Source: Mobula hypostoma
Lineage: Eukaryota
Direction of reading: 5' to 3'
Assembly: GCF_963921235.1 (NCBI RefSeq)
Contig: NC_086097.1
Span: forward strand, 128,652,001 to 128,716,000
Length of the DNA stretch: 64,000 nucleotides
Each line of letters opens with the position of its first letter. Within the stretch, counting starts at the first letter, position 1. The notes under the pieces are model-generated. The model searched no databases. It was not told the DNA's origin and was given only the letters and a program-made list of their open reading frames with translations. The translations under genes were made by a program, and so were the position numbers. Shown here one piece after another: positions 62,359 through 64,000 of this stretch.

Positions 62359-63126
62359 TCAACAGGAATTCTGCAGATGCTGGAAATTCAAGCAACACAC
62401 ATAAAAGTTGCTGGTGAACGCAGCAGGCCAGGCAGCATCTCTAGGAAGAGGTGCAGTCGACGTTTCAGGCCGAGACCCTTCGTCAGGACTAACTGATGGA
62501 AGAGTGAGTAAGGGATTTGAAAGTGGGAGGGGGAGGGGGAGATCCAAAATGATAGGAGAAGACAGGAGGGGGAGGGATAGAGCCAAGAGCTGGACAGGTG
62601 ATAGGCAAAAGGGATACGAGAGGATCATGGGACAGGAGGTCCGGGAAGAAAGACAAGCGGGGGGGACCCAGAGGATGGGCAAGGGGTATATTCAGAGGGA
62701 CAGAGGGAGAAAAAGACCTCCTGTCCACGGCCTCCTCTATTGTAAAGATGAAGCCACACTCAGGTTGGAGGAACAACACCTTATATTCTGTCTGGGTAGC
62801 CTCCAACCTGATGGCATGAACATCGACTTCTCTAACTTCCGCTAATGCCCCACCTCCCCCTCATACCCCATCTGTTACTTATTTTTATACATACATTCTT
62901 TCTCTCACTCTCCTTTTTCTCCCTCTGTCCCTCTGAATATACCCCTTGCCCATCCTCTGGGTCCCCCCCCCACCCCTTGTCTTTCTTCCCGGACCTCCTG
63001 TCCCATGATCCTCTCATATCCCTTTTGCCTATCACCCGTCCAGCTCTTGGCTCCATCCCTCCCCCTCCTGTCTTCTCCTATCATTTTGGATCTCCCCCTC
63101 CTCCTCCAACTTTCAAATCCCTTACT
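62359..63126. mobile_element. Young PLE inversion insertion: minus pLTR (62359-62715) plus plus-strand EN end/pLTR (62722-63126)
   Basis: Exact 14-bp TSD aatttaccaactta 62345-62358 / 63127-63140; 6-nt filler acctcc at the junction. Confidence 0.92.
62454..62491 (-). ncRNA. Minimal type I hammerhead ribozyme (intact)
   Basis: cagtcgacgtttcaggccgagacccttcgtcaggacta is the exact reverse complement of 935-972. Confidence 0.85.
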
Positions 63127-63194
63127 AATTTACCAACTTACCAATTTTCCTCTATGACAGTGACTGCTGTTCAAAAGTACTGTTTTGGTTGTGG

Positions 63195-63426
63195 ATTTAA
63201 AAACGTAAACACGAGGAATTCTGCAGATGCTGGAAATTCAAGCAACACACCTCAAATTTGCTGGTGAATGCAGCAGATTCGGGCCGAGAGCCTTCGTCAG
63301 GACTGACTGATAGCTCTTCCTTCAGTTAGTCCTGACGAAGGGTCTCGGCCCGAAACATCGACTGTACCTCTTCCGAGAGATGCTGTCTGGCCTGCTGCAT
63401 TCACCAGCAAATTTGAGGTGTGTTGC
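63195..63426. mobile_element. Fold-back PLE tail insertion with divergent hammerhead motifs (63278-63304 minus, partial; 63327-63364 plus)
   Basis: gcaacacacctcaaatttgctggtgaatgcagcag / ctgctgcattcaccagcaaatttgaggtgtgttgc; TSD tttggttgtgg 63184-63194 / 63427-63437. Confidence 0.88.
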
Positions 63427-64000
63427 TTTGGTTGTGGGGTGCTATCGGATATACTAAGATTGTGAAAGCTACTGATTCTTCTTTTCATAGTGTGAAAGTT
63501 GGAATTGATCAAAACACTAAACTTGACTGGACATTGTGCTAAGGAGCCTCTGTACGCTCTTAAAGAGAAGGGATTTCTGTCTGCTTCATTTTCCAATTTC
63601 CTGCATGATTATCATTTATTTTATGGATTGATTTAAATCTCATCATTTCATCGTCATTAATTCTCACCATTTTACGAGCCCAGCATATCTGTCCTCGAAA
63701 CTGTCTGCTTACTTTCCCACCAGCTTCTGACATTTTACAGTTATAGAGCTATACAGTTTTGCTGATGCATAAGAACATTATGAGATTTCCTGTCATTCTT
63801 CTGCACACTGAGAGTACACAAATAATCTGTTTCTTTCTTCAAGCAGCCTGGGTGATAAGTAAAGCCCACTATGCATCTTGATTTTGATGAGGGAAATCAT
63901 TCCATATCTTTTTTAGCCAGAAATGATTTTCCATTTGGTAAAAAAACACCTGCAAAAGCCAGAATCATTCAGTTGTCCACAGATGCACTGTTGATTTACT

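Larger units (their letters stand above)
61490..63490 (+). mobile_element. Deu-domain SINE split by nested insertions
   Basis: Head 61490-61530; body 61930-62097 (ctatttgaagaagag...tgtgggagcttgctgtgcacaaattggc); resumes 63150-63194 (acagtgact..ttcaaaagtac) and 63427-63490. Confidence 0.6.

Noticed and set aside
1..64000. Short six-frame ORFs as host genes
   Set aside because: All recognisable ones are transposon fragments or their antisense/alternate frames; the rest show no motif I recognise

Overview
Non-coding vertebrate DNA dense in transposable elements. The repeat inventory (CR1 LINEs with SGNH-esterase ORF1, Rex1/Babar LINEs, RTE, Tx1/L1, V-SINE and Deu-domain SINEs, abundant Penelope-like elements) suggests a cartilaginous fish; this is inference from families I recognise, not a database hit. 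I found no host exon, tRNA, rRNA or CRISPR array. The main signal is a young Neptune-type Penelope-like element (PLE). Its GIY-YIG ORF is open from base 1 to 642, and its 3' pseudo-LTR carries a minimal type I hammerhead ribozyme (AGTC-CTGACGA-AGGGTCTCGGCCT-GAAACGTC/GACT). The window holds about 20 copies or fragments of this ribozyme/tail module. Many are fold-back insertions flanked by 7-19 bp target-site duplications (TSDs), each with its own breakpoints. One insertion (6410-6670) is a 26-nt PLE tail fused to an inverted 222-bp copy of neighbouring DNA (7663-7884), which suggests PLE-mediated local sequence capture. Several repeat-free, TAAT-rich islands are candidate conserved enhancers. 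Boundaries of old repeats are approximate (tens of bp).
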